From NCBI GenBank assembly GCA_034530875.2, contig JAVRCJ020000030.1:24939-88938 (forward strand): a stretch of 64,000 nt of DNA. Reading direction: 5' to 3'. This document shows, in pieces, positions 40,410 to 50,780 of the stretch. Within the stretch, counting starts at the first letter, position 1, and the number at the start of each line of letters is the position of its first letter. Made by a program: the position numbers and the translations under genes. Under the pieces are notes generated by a model that made no database searches, was not told the DNA's origin, and saw only the letters and a list, made by a program, of their open reading frames with translations. Source of the stretch: Nostoc sp. DedSLP01. Its GTDB lineage: Bacteria; Cyanobacteriota; Cyanobacteriia; Cyanobacteriales; Nostocaceae.

Positions 40410-41636
40410 TTACTGTTGACAAGCGATTTTTAAAACTTCCACCACATAATCCTGTTCCTGTTCGGTCAGCTGATGAAACAGGGGTAGCAGGATAGTACGG
40501 TCTTGTGCTTGCTCGCTCTCCCAAAGGCGATCGCATTTTTGAACTCCACACTCACAAGCTTTGGCCTCAACTCCACACGACCAAGTTTCAGTTTGATAAG
40601 CACTTTCGCGGTGAGCGCACATAATCCCGCGCCGCGTGGCAATGCCAGCATCTAGCATTTGCTGCATGACTTCTACCTGGTGTGATTTCTCTGTCAACCG
40701 CACGCAAAAACTCTGCCAGTTAGTTTTTGCCCAATTTGGTTGGGTGGGTAACTTTAATCCCGGTATGTCTGCTAGTTTTTCCTGATATCGTTGTGCCAAA
40801 TAACGCCGTCGTTCCACAATCTCTGGCAGACGTTTGAGTTGTTCTCGCCCGACTGCGGCTTGAATATCAGTCATGCGGTAGTTGTAACCAAGCATGGGGT
40901 AGGATTCAAATATTACCTGCTTTGCTCCGTGGCGTACAGTATCGGGGACGCTCATTCCATGTTGCCGCCAGAGGCGAAATTGCTTGTCCCATTCAGGATT
41001 ATTGGTAGTAAGCATCCCACCGTCACCAGTACTAATTATTTTTCGCGGGTGAAAAGAAAAGCAGGCAATATCTCCATGCGGCTTGCCGATTTTTTCCCAG
41101 TTTCCATCCCAGAGAATTTCACTACCGATGGCACAAGCTGCATCTTCAATTACTCGCAACTCGTAACGACGAGCAATATCGAGGATGGCTTTGAGGTCGC
41201 AAGGCATCCCGATCTGATGGACAATGAGAATAGCACGGGTGCGTTCGGCTATGCCGCGCTGTAAGCGATCGCTAATCGCATCCTCAATTAACATCGGGTT
41301 GATGTTGTATGTCTGTGGTTCAATATCCACAAATACTGGAATTGCCCCACAGTAGCGAATGCTGTTGGCAGTGGCAATATAAGAATGACTGACGGTAATC
41401 ACTTCATCCCCTGGTTGCACGCCGACAGCTAACAGTGCTAGATGCAATGCTGTGGTGCAATTGGAGACGGCACAAGCGTAATTTGCACCTACGTAAGCGG
41501 CAAACTCTTGCTCAAAAGCGGCAACTTCCGACCCTTGGGTTACCCAGCCAGACATAATCGGCCGTTTAGCTGCTTCTGCCTCAGCTTCACCCATCCAAGG
41601 TTTGGCGATGGGGATGTAGTGGATTTTCTCAGACAT
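40410..41636 (-). CDS. DegT/DnrJ/EryC1/StrS aminotransferase
   Basis: SNCTTALHLAL; IEDAACAIG; FSFHPRKIISTGDGG (PLP Lys); GYNYRMTDIQAA. Confidence 0.95.
   Translation of the reverse strand: MSEKIHYIPIAKPWMGEAEAEAAKRPIMSGWVTQGSEVAAFEQEFAAYVGANYACAVSNCTTALHLALLAVGVQPGDEVITVSHSYIATANSIRYCGAIPVFVDIEPQTYNINPMLIEDAISDRLQRGIAERTRAILIVHQIGMPCDLKAILDIARRYELRVIEDAACAIGSEILWDGNWEKIGKPHGDIACFSFHPRKIISTGDGGMLTTNNPEWDKQFRLWRQHGMSVPDTVRHGAKQVIFESYPMLGYNYRMTDIQAAVGREQLKRLPEIVERRRYLAQRYQEKLADIPGLKLPTQPNWAKTNWQSFCVRLTEKSHQVEVMQQMLDAGIATRRGIMCAHRESAYQTETWSCGVEAKACECGVQKCDRLWESEQAQDRTILLPLFHQLTEQEQDYVVEVLKIACQQ
41241..41272. mobile_element. SDR5-like 24-nt insertion in a HIP1 site (in-frame, +8 aa)
   Basis: GCG[TTCGGCTATGCCGCGCTGTAAGCG]ATCGC; removing the bracket restores GCGATCGC and a normal-length AISDRTRAIL. 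Confidence 0.8.
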
Positions 41637-42603
41637 TGCTTACTTCCTGTGCCAATTTCTGTTCGCGCCACCAACTCACTAGCCGACGCAATCCTTCTTC
41701 TAGAGATACCTGCGCCTCAAAGCCCAACAATTCTTTAGCTTTACTCACATCTGCTAGTCGGCGTGCCACAGGGTTAACTTTGCGTTCTGTCCCGTATTCT
41801 GGCTGTAAATCTGACCCCATCACCTTAGCCAAACTATAAGCTAGGTCGTTTAAGCTGGTTTCTACATTACTGGCAATATTAAACACCTCATCGGTGACCT
41901 CGGCTTTGGCTGCCAAGATATTTGCTCTGGCGATGTCTTCGATATATACAAAGTCCATTGTCTGTTTGCCATCACCGAAAATCAGTGGTGGCTGTCCTTT
42001 AGCAATGCGCTCCATCCAGCGAATCAATACTTCAGTGTATACGCCGTAAATATCCATACGCGGCCCGTAGACGTTAAAGTACCGCAATGCTACATAGTCC
42101 AAGCCATACATATCGTAAAAGCTGCGTAATAAGCCTTCATTAAAGACCTTTGCTGCACCGTAGAGAGTGCGGTTATTGTAGGGGTGATGAGATTCAGTTG
42201 TTGGAAATTCCTCTGCCATACCGTAGATAGAAGCTGATGAGGCAGCGACTACCTTTTTTACTCCAGCTTTCACAGCTGCTTCCAAGACATTGAAAGTACC
42301 ATCTGCTAGCACTTCCAAAGCTAGACGTGGTTCTTCGGCACATTGAGTGATGCGGATTGCTGCCTGATGAAAGACTATATCTACACCTTGCATCACTTCA
42401 CCCAGGAGTTGGCGATCGCGAATGTCGCCTTTAAGAATTACTAAAGGCCCGCCCTCTTTTGCCCAAGCAAGGTTTTTTAATTGTCCGCGAGTAAAATTAT
42501 CTAAAACAATAATTTCAGAGACTCCTTCCTTTACCAATAAATCTGCTATATGGGAGCCAACTAAACCTGCACCACCTGTAATTAGAATTCGCTTATTTTC
42601 CAT
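41629..42603 (-). CDS. NAD-dependent epimerase/dehydratase (extended SDR)
   Basis: ITGGAGLVGS; SSASIYG; YGAAK; LRYFNVYGP. Confidence 0.95.
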   Translation of the reverse strand: MENKRILITGGAGLVGSHIADLLVKEGVSEIIVLDNFTRGQLKNLAWAKEGGPLVILKGDIRDRQLLGEVMQGVDIVFHQAAIRITQCAEEPRLALEVLADGTFNVLEAAVKAGVKKVVAASSASIYGMAEEFPTTESHHPYNNRTLYGAAKVFNEGLLRSFYDMYGLDYVALRYFNVYGPRMDIYGVYTEVLIRWMERIAKGQPPLIFGDGKQTMDFVYIEDIARANILAAKAEVTDEVFNIASNVETSLNDLAYSLAKVMGSDLQPEYGTERKVNPVARRLADVSKAKELLGFEAQVSLEEGLRRLVSWWREQKLAQEVSNV

Positions 42604-42611
42604 ATTCTTCC

Positions 42612-43298
42612 TTATAATTGTTCGTATCCTTCTCGCCAGCGTAAAAACTTAGCAGGGACACCAGCTACGATCGCAAATGGTGGTACATCCTTGGTAACAA
42701 CTGCTCCAGCACCAACGATACTGTTTTTGCCAATTGTTACCCCTGGTAGAATGGTTGCATTCATACCAATATCGGCTCCAGTTTCCACTTTTACCGATTG
42801 AATTTCTAAATCTGTTTGAATGATGGGAATATCAATTGGTAAGCCAGTGTGAGTTGAACCTAATACTTTTGCACCCGGCCCCCATCCCACATAATCTTCA
42901 ATAATCAAATCGCGGGCGTCAAAGTAGCTTTGGGGACCAATCCAAACATGGTTACCTATGATGCAAGTACCATCGAATCTTCCCTGAAGATAGCTTTGAG
43001 AACCAATAAATACGCCATCGCCAATTTCAAAGGTTTCGAGGTGTTTAAAGCCTACACCATTGCTGATACGAACGTTATGTCCGAATTTGCGTGCTACTGC
43101 CCGCCAAATCACGCGCCGCATTAGACCGTCAAAGTCGCCGTCGCTGGTAGCAAAGCGTGCGTATAATTCGATTAACGATTTTTGTTCGTATTGGGTATTT
43201 AAATATGCTGCCAGTTGAATTTCAAAGTCAGGGTCTAGCTTTTGAGCTTGTAAGCCGTGGACAGCTGTGACTATCTTAGTCTTAAGAGGCTCGGACAT
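42612..43298 (-). CDS. Hexapeptide-repeat acyltransferase
   Basis: LbH repeats; [38 protein letters not shown]. Confidence 0.92.
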   Translation of the reverse strand: MSEPLKTKIVTAVHGLQAQKLDPDFEIQLAAYLNTQYEQKSLIELYARFATSDGDFDGLMRRVIWRAVARKFGHNVRISNGVGFKHLETFEIGDGVFIGSQSYLQGRFDGTCIIGNHVWIGPQSYFDARDLIIEDYVGWGPGAKVLGSTHTGLPIDIPIIQTDLEIQSVKVETGADIGMNATILPGVTIGKNSIVGAGAVVTKDVPPFAIVAGVPAKFLRWREGYEQL

Positions 43299-44400
43299 TG
43301 AATTCCTTGGTTATATTGAGTGGCGTTACAGCCTTGGCAACCTGAGTTTGTAACTCTGTTGTGAGTTCTGCATACATTGGCAGAGATAATACTTCCCTTG
43401 ATGCTGCTTCTGAATGAGGAAAATCTCCGGGTTTGTAACCCAATTGTGCATACGCTGGTTGCAGATGAATGGGGATTGGGTAATGAATGCCTGTCTGAAT
43501 TTCCTGCCCTTGTAGTCTTTGTTGTAGGATGTCTCTTTGAGGCGATCGCACTGCATACACATGGTAAACGTGACGGCTGTAAGGCATCACAGTCGGGGTG
43601 CTAACACCACTCAAAAGTTGGTCGTAATGCCCTGCGTGGGTTCTTCTAGCTTCTGTCCAGGCTTCCAAATAGCGTAACTTCACCCGTAAAATCGCCCCTT
43701 GGATGCCATCCATGCGGTAGTTGTAACCTTGAAGGACATGGTGATATCTGCGCTCTTGACCCCAATCGCGCAGCATTCCCATAGTACGCGCATATTCTGG
43801 ATTGTTGGTGACTGCCATACCTCCTTCACCGTAAGCGCCTAGATTTTTACCAGGGTAAAAGCTAAAACAACCAATGTCCCCGATACTACCGACCCGTTGC
43901 CCTTTGTATTCTGCTCCGTGAGCTTGGGCTGCATCTTCGATAACCGCCAAACCATGACGGCGAGCAATATCCAAAATTGGCTCCATGTCTGCTGGTTGCC
44001 CGTACAAATGCACTGGGAGAATCGCTTTGGTGCGCTCGGTTATTGCTTTTTCAATTTGGCTGACGTCTATGGTGTAGGAAACAGGGTCGATATCTACGAA
44101 AACAGGTGTGGCTTGGGTATAACAAATTGCTGCTGTGGTGGCTACGAAGGTGAAAGGCACGGTAATTACTTCGTCACCAGCACCGATACCAGCTGCGATT
44201 AATGCTAGATGCAAGGCACTAGTACCAGTATTGACAGCAACGCCATAATCTGCACTACAGTAATCTGCAAATTCTTGTTCTAAAGCTTTAACTTCATTGC
44301 CTAAGATGAATTGCGTACTTGCAAGTACTTTCAAGACAGCAGTATCAATTTCGTCTTTAATACTCAAGTATTGAGCTTTTAGGTCTACAAATGGAATCAC
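43282..44400 (-). CDS. DegT/DnrJ/EryC1/StrS aminotransferase (WbpE/GnnB-like)
   Basis: [50 protein letters not shown]. Confidence 0.95.
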   Translation of the reverse strand: MIPFVDLKAQYLSIKDEIDTAVLKVLASTQFILGNEVKALEQEFADYCSADYGVAVNTGTSALHLALIAAGIGAGDEVITVPFTFVATTAAICYTQATPVFVDIDPVSYTIDVSQIEKAITERTKAILPVHLYGQPADMEPILDIARRHGLAVIEDAAQAHGAEYKGQRVGSIGDIGCFSFYPGKNLGAYGEGGMAVTNNPEYARTMGMLRDWGQERRYHHVLQGYNYRMDGIQGAILRVKLRYLEAWTEARRTHAGHYDQLLSGVSTPTVMPYSRHVYHVYAVRSPQRDILQQRLQGQEIQTGIHYPIPIHLQPAYAQLGYKPGDFPHSEAASREVLSLPMYAELTTELQTQVAKAVTPLNITKEFNVRAS

Positions 44401-45425
44401 GCTGCTACCTCTGCCACATTCAGTTCAATTAATCGACCTTGCTTTTTGAGAGACTGGGTTGCAGCTTCGAGAATTCTGACTACTCGCAGTCCTGCTTCTC
44501 CGTCAGTAAGTGGACGATGGCCTTGCTCGATACAATTAATGAAGTGTAAGCCTTCTGTCTTCAATGCCTCTGTCATCTCCAATTTTGGCGACCACATATC
44601 TCCTGTGCGATAGCCAATCATCATCTGATAGACGCTTTCAGGAGAGCCATTGACTGTAATACCCTTGTCGTAAATCTTGAGTTTCTCACTTGGTTCTAAG
44701 TCATCGTAAACAATCATCCGTTGACTGCCACCAATCAATGTGCGGCGGACTTTTACTGGTGCGAGCCAATTGACATTGATGTGAGCGATGAGATTGTTTT
44801 CAAAGAATAAGGTCAAGTAAGCGGTATTTTCTGGCTCTCCAGAAACATGACTGATGCCTGTAGCCGATACAGCATAAGGTTGGGACGGCAAAACGTAGTT
44901 CATAATCGATAGGTCGTGGACTGCCAAATCCCAGATGACATTCACATCATGCTGAAAAAGTCCCAGGTTGACGCGTACAGAATCATAGTAGTAAATATCG
45001 CCCAAGGAATTAGCGGCGATCAAATCGTGCATTTTGCGTACAGCACCCGTGTAAACAAAGGTATGATCGACCATTAACACTAGGTTGCGTTTTTCTGCCT
45101 CTTCAATTAGCCGCATTGCTTGTTCGGAGGTAGTAGTCATTGGCTTTTCTACCAAAACATGTTTGCCAGTCTGCAATGCTGCTAAAGCTAATTCAAAGTG
45201 AGTTGAAACTGGCGTGGCGATCGCGACAGCATCAATTTGAGGATCTGTAAATATATCTTGACAATCTTGAGTAACTTGAATTGTAGGATAGCGAGCTTGG
45301 ACTTTTGCCAATAATTCTGGTTTAAAATCGCTGACTGTTTTCACCCGCACGCCTGGCATTTCGACAAAATTTCTGACTAGATTTGGCCCCCAATAACCAT
45401 AGCCGATGACACCGATATTAATCAT
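44397..45425 (-). CDS. Gfo/Idh/MocA oxidoreductase (WbpB/GnnA-like sugar 3-dehydrogenase)
   Basis: [27 protein letters not shown]. Confidence 0.92.
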   Translation of the reverse strand: MINIGVIGYGYWGPNLVRNFVEMPGVRVKTVSDFKPELLAKVQARYPTIQVTQDCQDIFTDPQIDAVAIATPVSTHFELALAALQTGKHVLVEKPMTTTSEQAMRLIEEAEKRNLVLMVDHTFVYTGAVRKMHDLIAANSLGDIYYYDSVRVNLGLFQHDVNVIWDLAVHDLSIMNYVLPSQPYAVSATGISHVSGEPENTAYLTLFFENNLIAHINVNWLAPVKVRRTLIGGSQRMIVYDDLEPSEKLKIYDKGITVNGSPESVYQMMIGYRTGDMWSPKLEMTEALKTEGLHFINCIEQGHRPLTDGEAGLRVVRILEAATQSLKKQGRLIELNVAEVAA

Positions 45426-45580
45426 GTTTCCTGTTACTTTTAATTAATCAGAATTTATTTTTATGCATGATAAATTACTGCCATGTAAAGTTGGCAATAA
45501 TTCATAGCTAGCTCTAAAAAACTTTTATTTTTATCAGGTTTTAGAACCGAACAATGAGTTATTTAATATTGACAACGCTT

Positions 45581-46111
45581 TCACAAACTGCTGACTGAGA
45601 TTGACAAATTTTGGCGATCGCCTACGGCGGGGCGTAGCCCATCGCGTACATCCCCAATCACCCGAGCTGGGACTCCAACTACAATTGCATGATCGGGAAC
45701 ATCACGAGTTACTGTTGCTCCAGAACCAACAATCGCTTTTTCACCAATAGTTACTCCTGGCAGGATGGTAGCATTACTACCAATAGATGCACGCCGTTTC
45801 ACAAGAGTTTTGATTGTATGCCAATCATCATCAGTTTTTAAACTACCATCTTCATTGGTTGCCTGAGGATAAAGGTCATTAGTAAACATGACTCCATGAC
45901 CGATAAATACTTCATCTTCTAAAACAACACCTTCACATAAAAAACTGTGGGATGAAATTTTACATCTATTTCCTACCGTGACATCTTTCTGAATCTCTAC
46001 AAACGTACCAATTTTGGTTTCATCACCAATAACGCAACCGTAGAGGTTGACGAGATGGGGATGAAAAATCTTCACGTTTTTCCCTAACTTCACATCATCA
46101 TTTACTGCCAT
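45581..46111 (-). CDS. Hexapeptide-repeat N-acyltransferase (WbpD/QdtC-like)
   Basis: [41 protein letters not shown]; likely ATG at 46111 (ORF track start 46162 overlaps wzt). Confidence 0.9.
   Translation of the reverse strand: MAVNDDVKLGKNVKIFHPHLVNLYGCVIGDETKIGTFVEIQKDVTVGNRCKISSHSFLCEGVVLEDEVFIGHGVMFTNDLYPQATNEDGSLKTDDDWHTIKTLVKRRASIGSNATILPGVTIGEKAIVGSGATVTRDVPDHAIVVGVPARVIGDVRDGLRPAVGDRQNLSISVSSL
45614..45645. mobile_element. SDR5-like 24-nt insertion in a HIP1 site (in-frame, +8 aa)
   Basis: Minus strand GCG[ATGGGCTACGCCCCGCCGTAGGCG]ATCGC, encoding [11 protein letters not shown]. Confidence 0.85.
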
Positions 46112-46130
46112 TATTTCATCTGCCTTGAAA

Positions 46131-47411
46131 TTAATACTTTTCCACGGTTTGCCAAATAGCATCTTCTAAATAAGTACATTCATCAGCTTGCCATTGATAC
46201 TCTGGACGCTCAAAATTGTGCATCGTAACTTCAAACGGGCAAATTTCCCTGAGGTTTTCTAGCAGAGTCTCGTTACGACGGTTAGAAAACCATGTAGTTA
46301 AGGTATAGGAACCCATGTATAGTCTAAATTTGGGAATCTCGCATCGCAGAATAAACGTTCCTGGCTCTCGACAAAAGGGAGCATCAGACTTGAAAAACCA
46401 AAAGATACAAACAGCTTGTTGTAACAAGTTGACTATCTGAAAGGAAAAACGCAGACTTTCATGAGGTTCAGTTATATGTAGAGCAAACTCAAAGGTAATC
46501 GGTTTTCCCCAACAGTGAATTCCTCGTGCTTCAGAGGTGTGTGCTTTCACCCAAGCTACATAATTACCACTTTTGCTCGTAGGAGCTTGGTAATAACCTT
46601 GTGAAACAGAATCATCTTTCTGTCCAGCTAGATATAGTTGTACTGCTTTGCTAGTATGACCATCAAAGTCGACATTTCCTTTAGAAAGGAGTAGGCAGCG
46701 TTTGGTGAGTTGATTAATAGCTTGCATACTATGACTGACGAATAAAACTGTTCGTCCTTCTTTGGTTGCAACATCACCCATTTTCCCCAAGCACTTCTTC
46801 TGAAATGCCGCATCACCTACAGCCAAAACTTCATCGACAATTAAAATCTCCGGCTCTAAATGGGCAGCAACGGAAAAAGCAAGACGCACATACATTCCTG
46901 AAGAATAGCGCTTGACTGGGGTATCTAAAAACTTCTCAATATCAGCAAAGACAACTATTTCATCAAATTTCTTCTTGATTTCGGCTCTACTCATTCCCAA
47001 TATGGAACCGTTGAGATAAATGTTCTCTCTTCCTGTAAGTTCTGGATGAAATCCTGTCCCTACTTCTAATAAACTTGCTACTCGTCCTTTGATGGCGATA
47101 CGTCCCCTAGTCGGTTCGGTAATCCGGCTCAGAACTTTTAAAAGCGTGGATTTACCAGCACCATTGCGCCCAATCACACCGATGGCTTCACCTTGCTTAA
47201 CCTCAAAGGAAACATCTTTTAATGCCCAAAATTCTTCCCGCGTTGGGTTGGGCATTTTTTGGCCGCTAGGTTTAATAAATGTTTTGGCAAAAGATTTAGC
47301 ACCATCAGCAATTACATCCCGCAGGGCTTTGTAGCGACTTCCTTGCTCCTGTTGGTGAGCGATAATATATTTTTTGCTTAAATTCTCTACAATAATCATA
47401 TTTTCAGACAT
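46131..47411 (-). CDS. wzt: Polysaccharide ABC exporter ATPase with C-terminal Wzt_C-like domain
   Basis: [40 protein letters not shown]; ~170-aa C-terminal beta domain. Confidence 0.93.
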   Translation of the reverse strand: MSENMIIVENLSKKYIIAHQQEQGSRYKALRDVIADGAKSFAKTFIKPSGQKMPNPTREEFWALKDVSFEVKQGEAIGVIGRNGAGKSTLLKVLSRITEPTRGRIAIKGRVASLLEVGTGFHPELTGRENIYLNGSILGMSRAEIKKKFDEIVVFADIEKFLDTPVKRYSSGMYVRLAFSVAAHLEPEILIVDEVLAVGDAAFQKKCLGKMGDVATKEGRTVLFVSHSMQAINQLTKRCLLLSKGNVDFDGHTSKAVQLYLAGQKDDSVSQGYYQAPTSKSGNYVAWVKAHTSEARGIHCWGKPITFEFALHITEPHESLRFSFQIVNLLQQAVCIFWFFKSDAPFCREPGTFILRCEIPKFRLYMGSYTLTTWFSNRRNETLLENLREICPFEVTMHNFERPEYQWQADECTYLEDAIWQTVEKY

Positions 47412-47427
47412 CTGCACGGATCGAAAG

Positions 47428-48270
47428 CTAAATTACGTCAGCAAATGTCCGTTCCATTCTGCGGAAGTACCAAATGCCACTTACTAATAACAGGGCAACT
47501 AGTCCTAGAGATAGTGTGAATCCAGCCCAGTAAAGTTGGGATCCCCCTAAAATTGCCCAGCGGAACCCATCAATCACGCCTACCATTGGGTTCAAATAAT
47601 AGACCAAACGCCATTGCTCTGGAATAATGCTGCTACTAAAACCTACGGGGGATATGTATAAGCCAAACTGCACAATAAACGGCACAATGTAGCGAAAGTC
47701 TCGATATCCCACATTCAAAGCTGCCAACCACAACCCTACTCCCAAGGAAGCAGCAAAGGCAATGCTAATAAATAGGGGTAAGGATAATATCCGCCAAGAG
47801 GGAACAAAATTATACCAAGCCATCAGCCCTAAAAGAATCATTCCAGAAACGAGAAAGTCTACAAAACTAACAATCACGGAACTGGCAGGGACAATCAAGC
47901 GCGGAAAGTATACCTTAGAAATTAAGTTGGCATTACTAATTAAACTGTTGCTACACTCACTTAGGGCATTGGCAAAAAACTGCCAAGGTAATAAGGCAGC
48001 AAATACTAGTATCGGATAAGGTGCTGTTCCCTCTGAAGGTAATTTCGCTAGCTTGCCGAAGATGATGCTAAACACGACCATCGTCAAAAATGGTCGAATC
48101 AGCGCCCAGAGCATACCAATTACTGTTTGTTTGTAGCGTACTAAAATGTCACGCCAAGCTAGAAAATAAAATAGTTCTCGATAGCGCCACAAGTCTTTCC
48201 AATATTGCTGCTCTGTTTGTCCGGCTTCAATTATTAACTCTGGTTTTGAGGCAATTTCTTGACTACTCAT
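47428..48270 (-). CDS. wzm: Polysaccharide ABC exporter permease
   Basis: YRELFYFLAWRDILVRYKQT.IG.LWA; LISKVYFPR; NPM.GVIDGFR; ERTFADVI. Confidence 0.93.
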   Translation of the reverse strand: MSSQEIASKPELIIEAGQTEQQYWKDLWRYRELFYFLAWRDILVRYKQTVIGMLWALIRPFLTMVVFSIIFGKLAKLPSEGTAPYPILVFAALLPWQFFANALSECSNSLISNANLISKVYFPRLIVPASSVIVSFVDFLVSGMILLGLMAWYNFVPSWRILSLPLFISIAFAASLGVGLWLAALNVGYRDFRYIVPFIVQFGLYISPVGFSSSIIPEQWRLVYYLNPMVGVIDGFRWAILGGSQLYWAGFTLSLGLVALLLVSGIWYFRRMERTFADVI

Positions 48271-48302
48271 AAATATTGATTAAAGACCGCTGCTTTTAAG
48301 CA

Positions 48303-48731
48303 TTAATCAACGAACTGAAAATCTTTGATGGTGTGATAGTTAAGTACCTTGGCCTGCCTGCGAGTAAACTCCCCTACAGAAGGGTTTCCTTGAGGATCGA
48401 TCGCTCCTGTTACCTGTTGCCACAAATCTTGTGACACTAGGGAAACTCTATAGGTGCGTTCGTTTGATTTGCAGACGTGATACCACTTTGTTTGCTGACA
48501 CTCGTCACACCAAAAAGCCTCTACCCATTCCCCCTCTATGGCAACTGCGGTTTGGCTTGCTACCAAGAGTAATGCACTCCGGCGGCTCATACCACGCTGC
48601 TGCAACTGCCCTGCTCGATCGGCAAACAACTGATATTTTTGGCTCCTGCTTTCGAGGTAGCAGCCATGCTGCGGACAGTAAATAGCCCGTCGTTTTGAAC
48701 GTTTCCGATTTCGGTCACACCTTCTCTGCAA
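48303..48731 (-). CDS. Small basic Cys/His-rich hypothetical protein (putative Zn ribbon)
   Basis: RRCDRNRKRSKRR; CPQH...CDEC; probable TTG start at 48731 behind a GGGAGG SD (the ORF track uses the ATG at 48818). Confidence 0.75.
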   Translation of the reverse strand: MQRRCDRNRKRSKRRAIYCPQHGCYLESRSQKYQLFADRAGQLQQRGMSRRSALLLVASQTAVAIEGEWVEAFWCDECQQTKWYHVCKSNERTYRVSLVSQDLWQQVTGAIDPQGNPSVGEFTRRQAKVLNYHTIKDFQFVD

Positions 48732-48735
48732 TTCG

Positions 48736-48822
48736 ACCTCCCACTTGAATAAACAGACAGCAAAATTCTGGAAGGTTACGTTGGAGGGACTGAGATCGAA
48801 AAGACCATCGAAGCCCATCTCC
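48736..48822 (-). promoter_or_regulatory. Putative structured 5' leader with SD-sequestering stem
   Basis: Minus-strand hairpin GGAG-AT-GGGCT...AGTCC-CTCC, then ACCTTCCA...TGGGAGGT pairing over the SD (G-U pairs favour the minus strand). Confidence 0.45.
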
Positions 48823-49427
48823 TAAAGCTAAAAATAAATACTATTTAGTTACAATAAACCGCTCGACAAAGATTCTTAAATAAGTAATCTCTTTTGATAA
48901 TGTCGCAACAAGCTTGACCTTGTTTTCAGACGCTTGTATTACCTAATCTCTCTAAATAAGCGATTATTTTTGAATGTCAATCTGTCTTAGAGCATAACAT
49001 ATTCTCTGGAATTTGTATTATCTGTATCAAACTCTTTAGCTGGAGACATAAACTTTTTTTTAGCGAGAAAATCAGCCTGTAAGTAACTAGATTTTTCTTG
49101 CAGACATGACAATTTTATTTAAGCAAGGCTTAGTATAGCTTAAATAAAAATATATATTTCTCTGAAGAAATAGTATTTTCTATTGACTTATTGCATTAAC
49201 TTTTTAGTATTAAAAAAGTATTACCAAAATCAAAAGATGATGATAAATACTTGCGATGAATAGACAATTGCCTATTGATTGCTATTACTAATAGAATTGC
49301 AATGAGAACAGAGATAGGAAAAGAAACCAAAAGCTCGTAGTTTCTCAGCTTGTTTTTTCAAGGTTGGGTAAAAAAAATCAGCAGCTTTAGAGCTGACATA
49401 AACCTGTATCTATTATTCCTCCAATAA

Positions 49428-50780
49428 CTATTTGGTATGAGTTTTATACATAGCTTTTACATCATGGGGTAATATCGCTTGCTGCAAAATATCAAAGTAT
49501 TGTTGAGAGATGATCTTAGGTGTGAAATGCGATCGCAAATACTGACGACCTGCCTTGCCCATACGCTCTGCTAATTGTCGATCGCGACTGAGTAAGCGAA
49601 TAAATTGTGCAAGAGCATGACTATCTCCATTATCAAAAGTGCCGCCGCAGTCAGCTTCAGTAACCAGTTCTCTGAGGTATGAATACTGCGAACAAATCAC
49701 AGCCACCGGTCGCCCTGATGCTAAAGCTGAGTACAGTTTGCTAGGAACGACTAAACTCTCAGTGGATGCATCTACGGTCACTAGTGATAGGTCGCAAGCT
49801 GTTAAAGAATAAGGCAGCACCTCTTTGTCTTGATATGGCAGAAATGTAAAATTCGACAGTCCTAACTCTTTTACTTGTTGAATCAATTCATCGCGTTTGG
49901 CACCACCACCTATACAGACAAACTCAATTGGCTCATTTTCCAGTTCTTGAGCAGTTTGAAGGATAGTTGCCATATCATGGCAGCGTCCCATATTTCCAGA
50001 GTAGAGTACGGTAAATTTGTTTACCAAGTGATGCTTCCAGGCAAACCAATTTTCTTGCTTGGCAATTGGTACGATTAATTCCGGATTCGCCCAACTGTGA
50101 ATTACCGAAATTTTATCGGCTATTTGCGGACAATGTGCTAACACTTGCTGCTTCATAGCTGGACTGAGAACCACAATTCCCTCAGCATTTTGCCAAACCT
50201 GTATATTAATAGCACGCCATAAACGTACCAGCCAGTTATGCCTAGAAAGTACTCCTAGAGCGATCGCAATATCGGGATACAGATCGTAGAGAATGCAAAC
50301 ATAAGGAAATCGAAACAACAGATGAGCTATATATCCAACCATCGGCAAGAATGGCGGGGCTGTAGTTACCAACAATACATTGCTGCGCTGCCAAGCTCTA
50401 AGTAGATACAGTCCAGCACGCAAGGTGTATAAAACACCATTGACGGCTTTGCCCCGAATTCGCCCAGGCCAAAGGTGAGCTGTACGCGATCGCTGAACTC
50501 GGATTGTACCGATACGTTCAACTGCTAAAGCGTCAATATCAGAATTAAACGCATATCCTGGCTGACTGGTAAAAACCTCAATCTCAACTCCTTGCTGTCC
50601 TAACTGTCTTACGAGTTCCTCAATCAACTGTCCTGTAGGCGCATAGTCCGGCGGGAAAAACTGAGTGATTACAGACAATTTGATGGATTGCTGAGTATTA
50701 ATAAAATAGTCATTCTTGACTTCTAACCGTGTAGAAATGGATTGCAAAAACTTTTGATTAATCCATTTATTAAGTCTCAT
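49428..50780 (-). CDS. Glycosyltransferase family 4 (WcaI/WbuB-like)
   Basis: ITQFFPPD...TGQLI.EL; YDLYPD; YSGNMGRCH; VPSKLY..LASGRP. Confidence 0.9.
   Translation of the reverse strand: MRLNKWINQKFLQSISTRLEVKNDYFINTQQSIKLSVITQFFPPDYAPTGQLIEELVRQLGQQGVEIEVFTSQPGYAFNSDIDALAVERIGTIRVQRSRTAHLWPGRIRGKAVNGVLYTLRAGLYLLRAWQRSNVLLVTTAPPFLPMVGYIAHLLFRFPYVCILYDLYPDIAIALGVLSRHNWLVRLWRAINIQVWQNAEGIVVLSPAMKQQVLAHCPQIADKISVIHSWANPELIVPIAKQENWFAWKHHLVNKFTVLYSGNMGRCHDMATILQTAQELENEPIEFVCIGGGAKRDELIQQVKELGLSNFTFLPYQDKEVLPYSLTACDLSLVTVDASTESLVVPSKLYSALASGRPVAVICSQYSYLRELVTEADCGGTFDNGDSHALAQFIRLLSRDRQLAERMGKAGRQYLRSHFTPKIISQQYFDILQQAILPHDVKAMYKTHTK

Noticed and set aside
36041..40526. HIP1-free stretch as proof of recent horizontal transfer of the DUF4082/Tat genes
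   Set aside because: By eye, gaps of ~3.5-4 kb also occur elsewhere (about 19.1-22.6, 31.7-35.7 and 45.6-49.5 kb). It is not distinctive without statistics.
40791..41264. 157-aa plus-strand ORF, and similar antisense ORFs (e.g. 19538-19891, 57165-57617)
   Set aside because: They lie antisense to well-supported genes and have no recognisable motifs.
7593..48270. Nod-factor-like signal pathway (NodU-like, fucosyl-, acetyl- and methyltransferases, ABC exporter)
   Set aside because: There are no nodA, nodB or nodC homologs, and the ABC pair is Wzm/Wzt-type. These families are common in polysaccharide loci.
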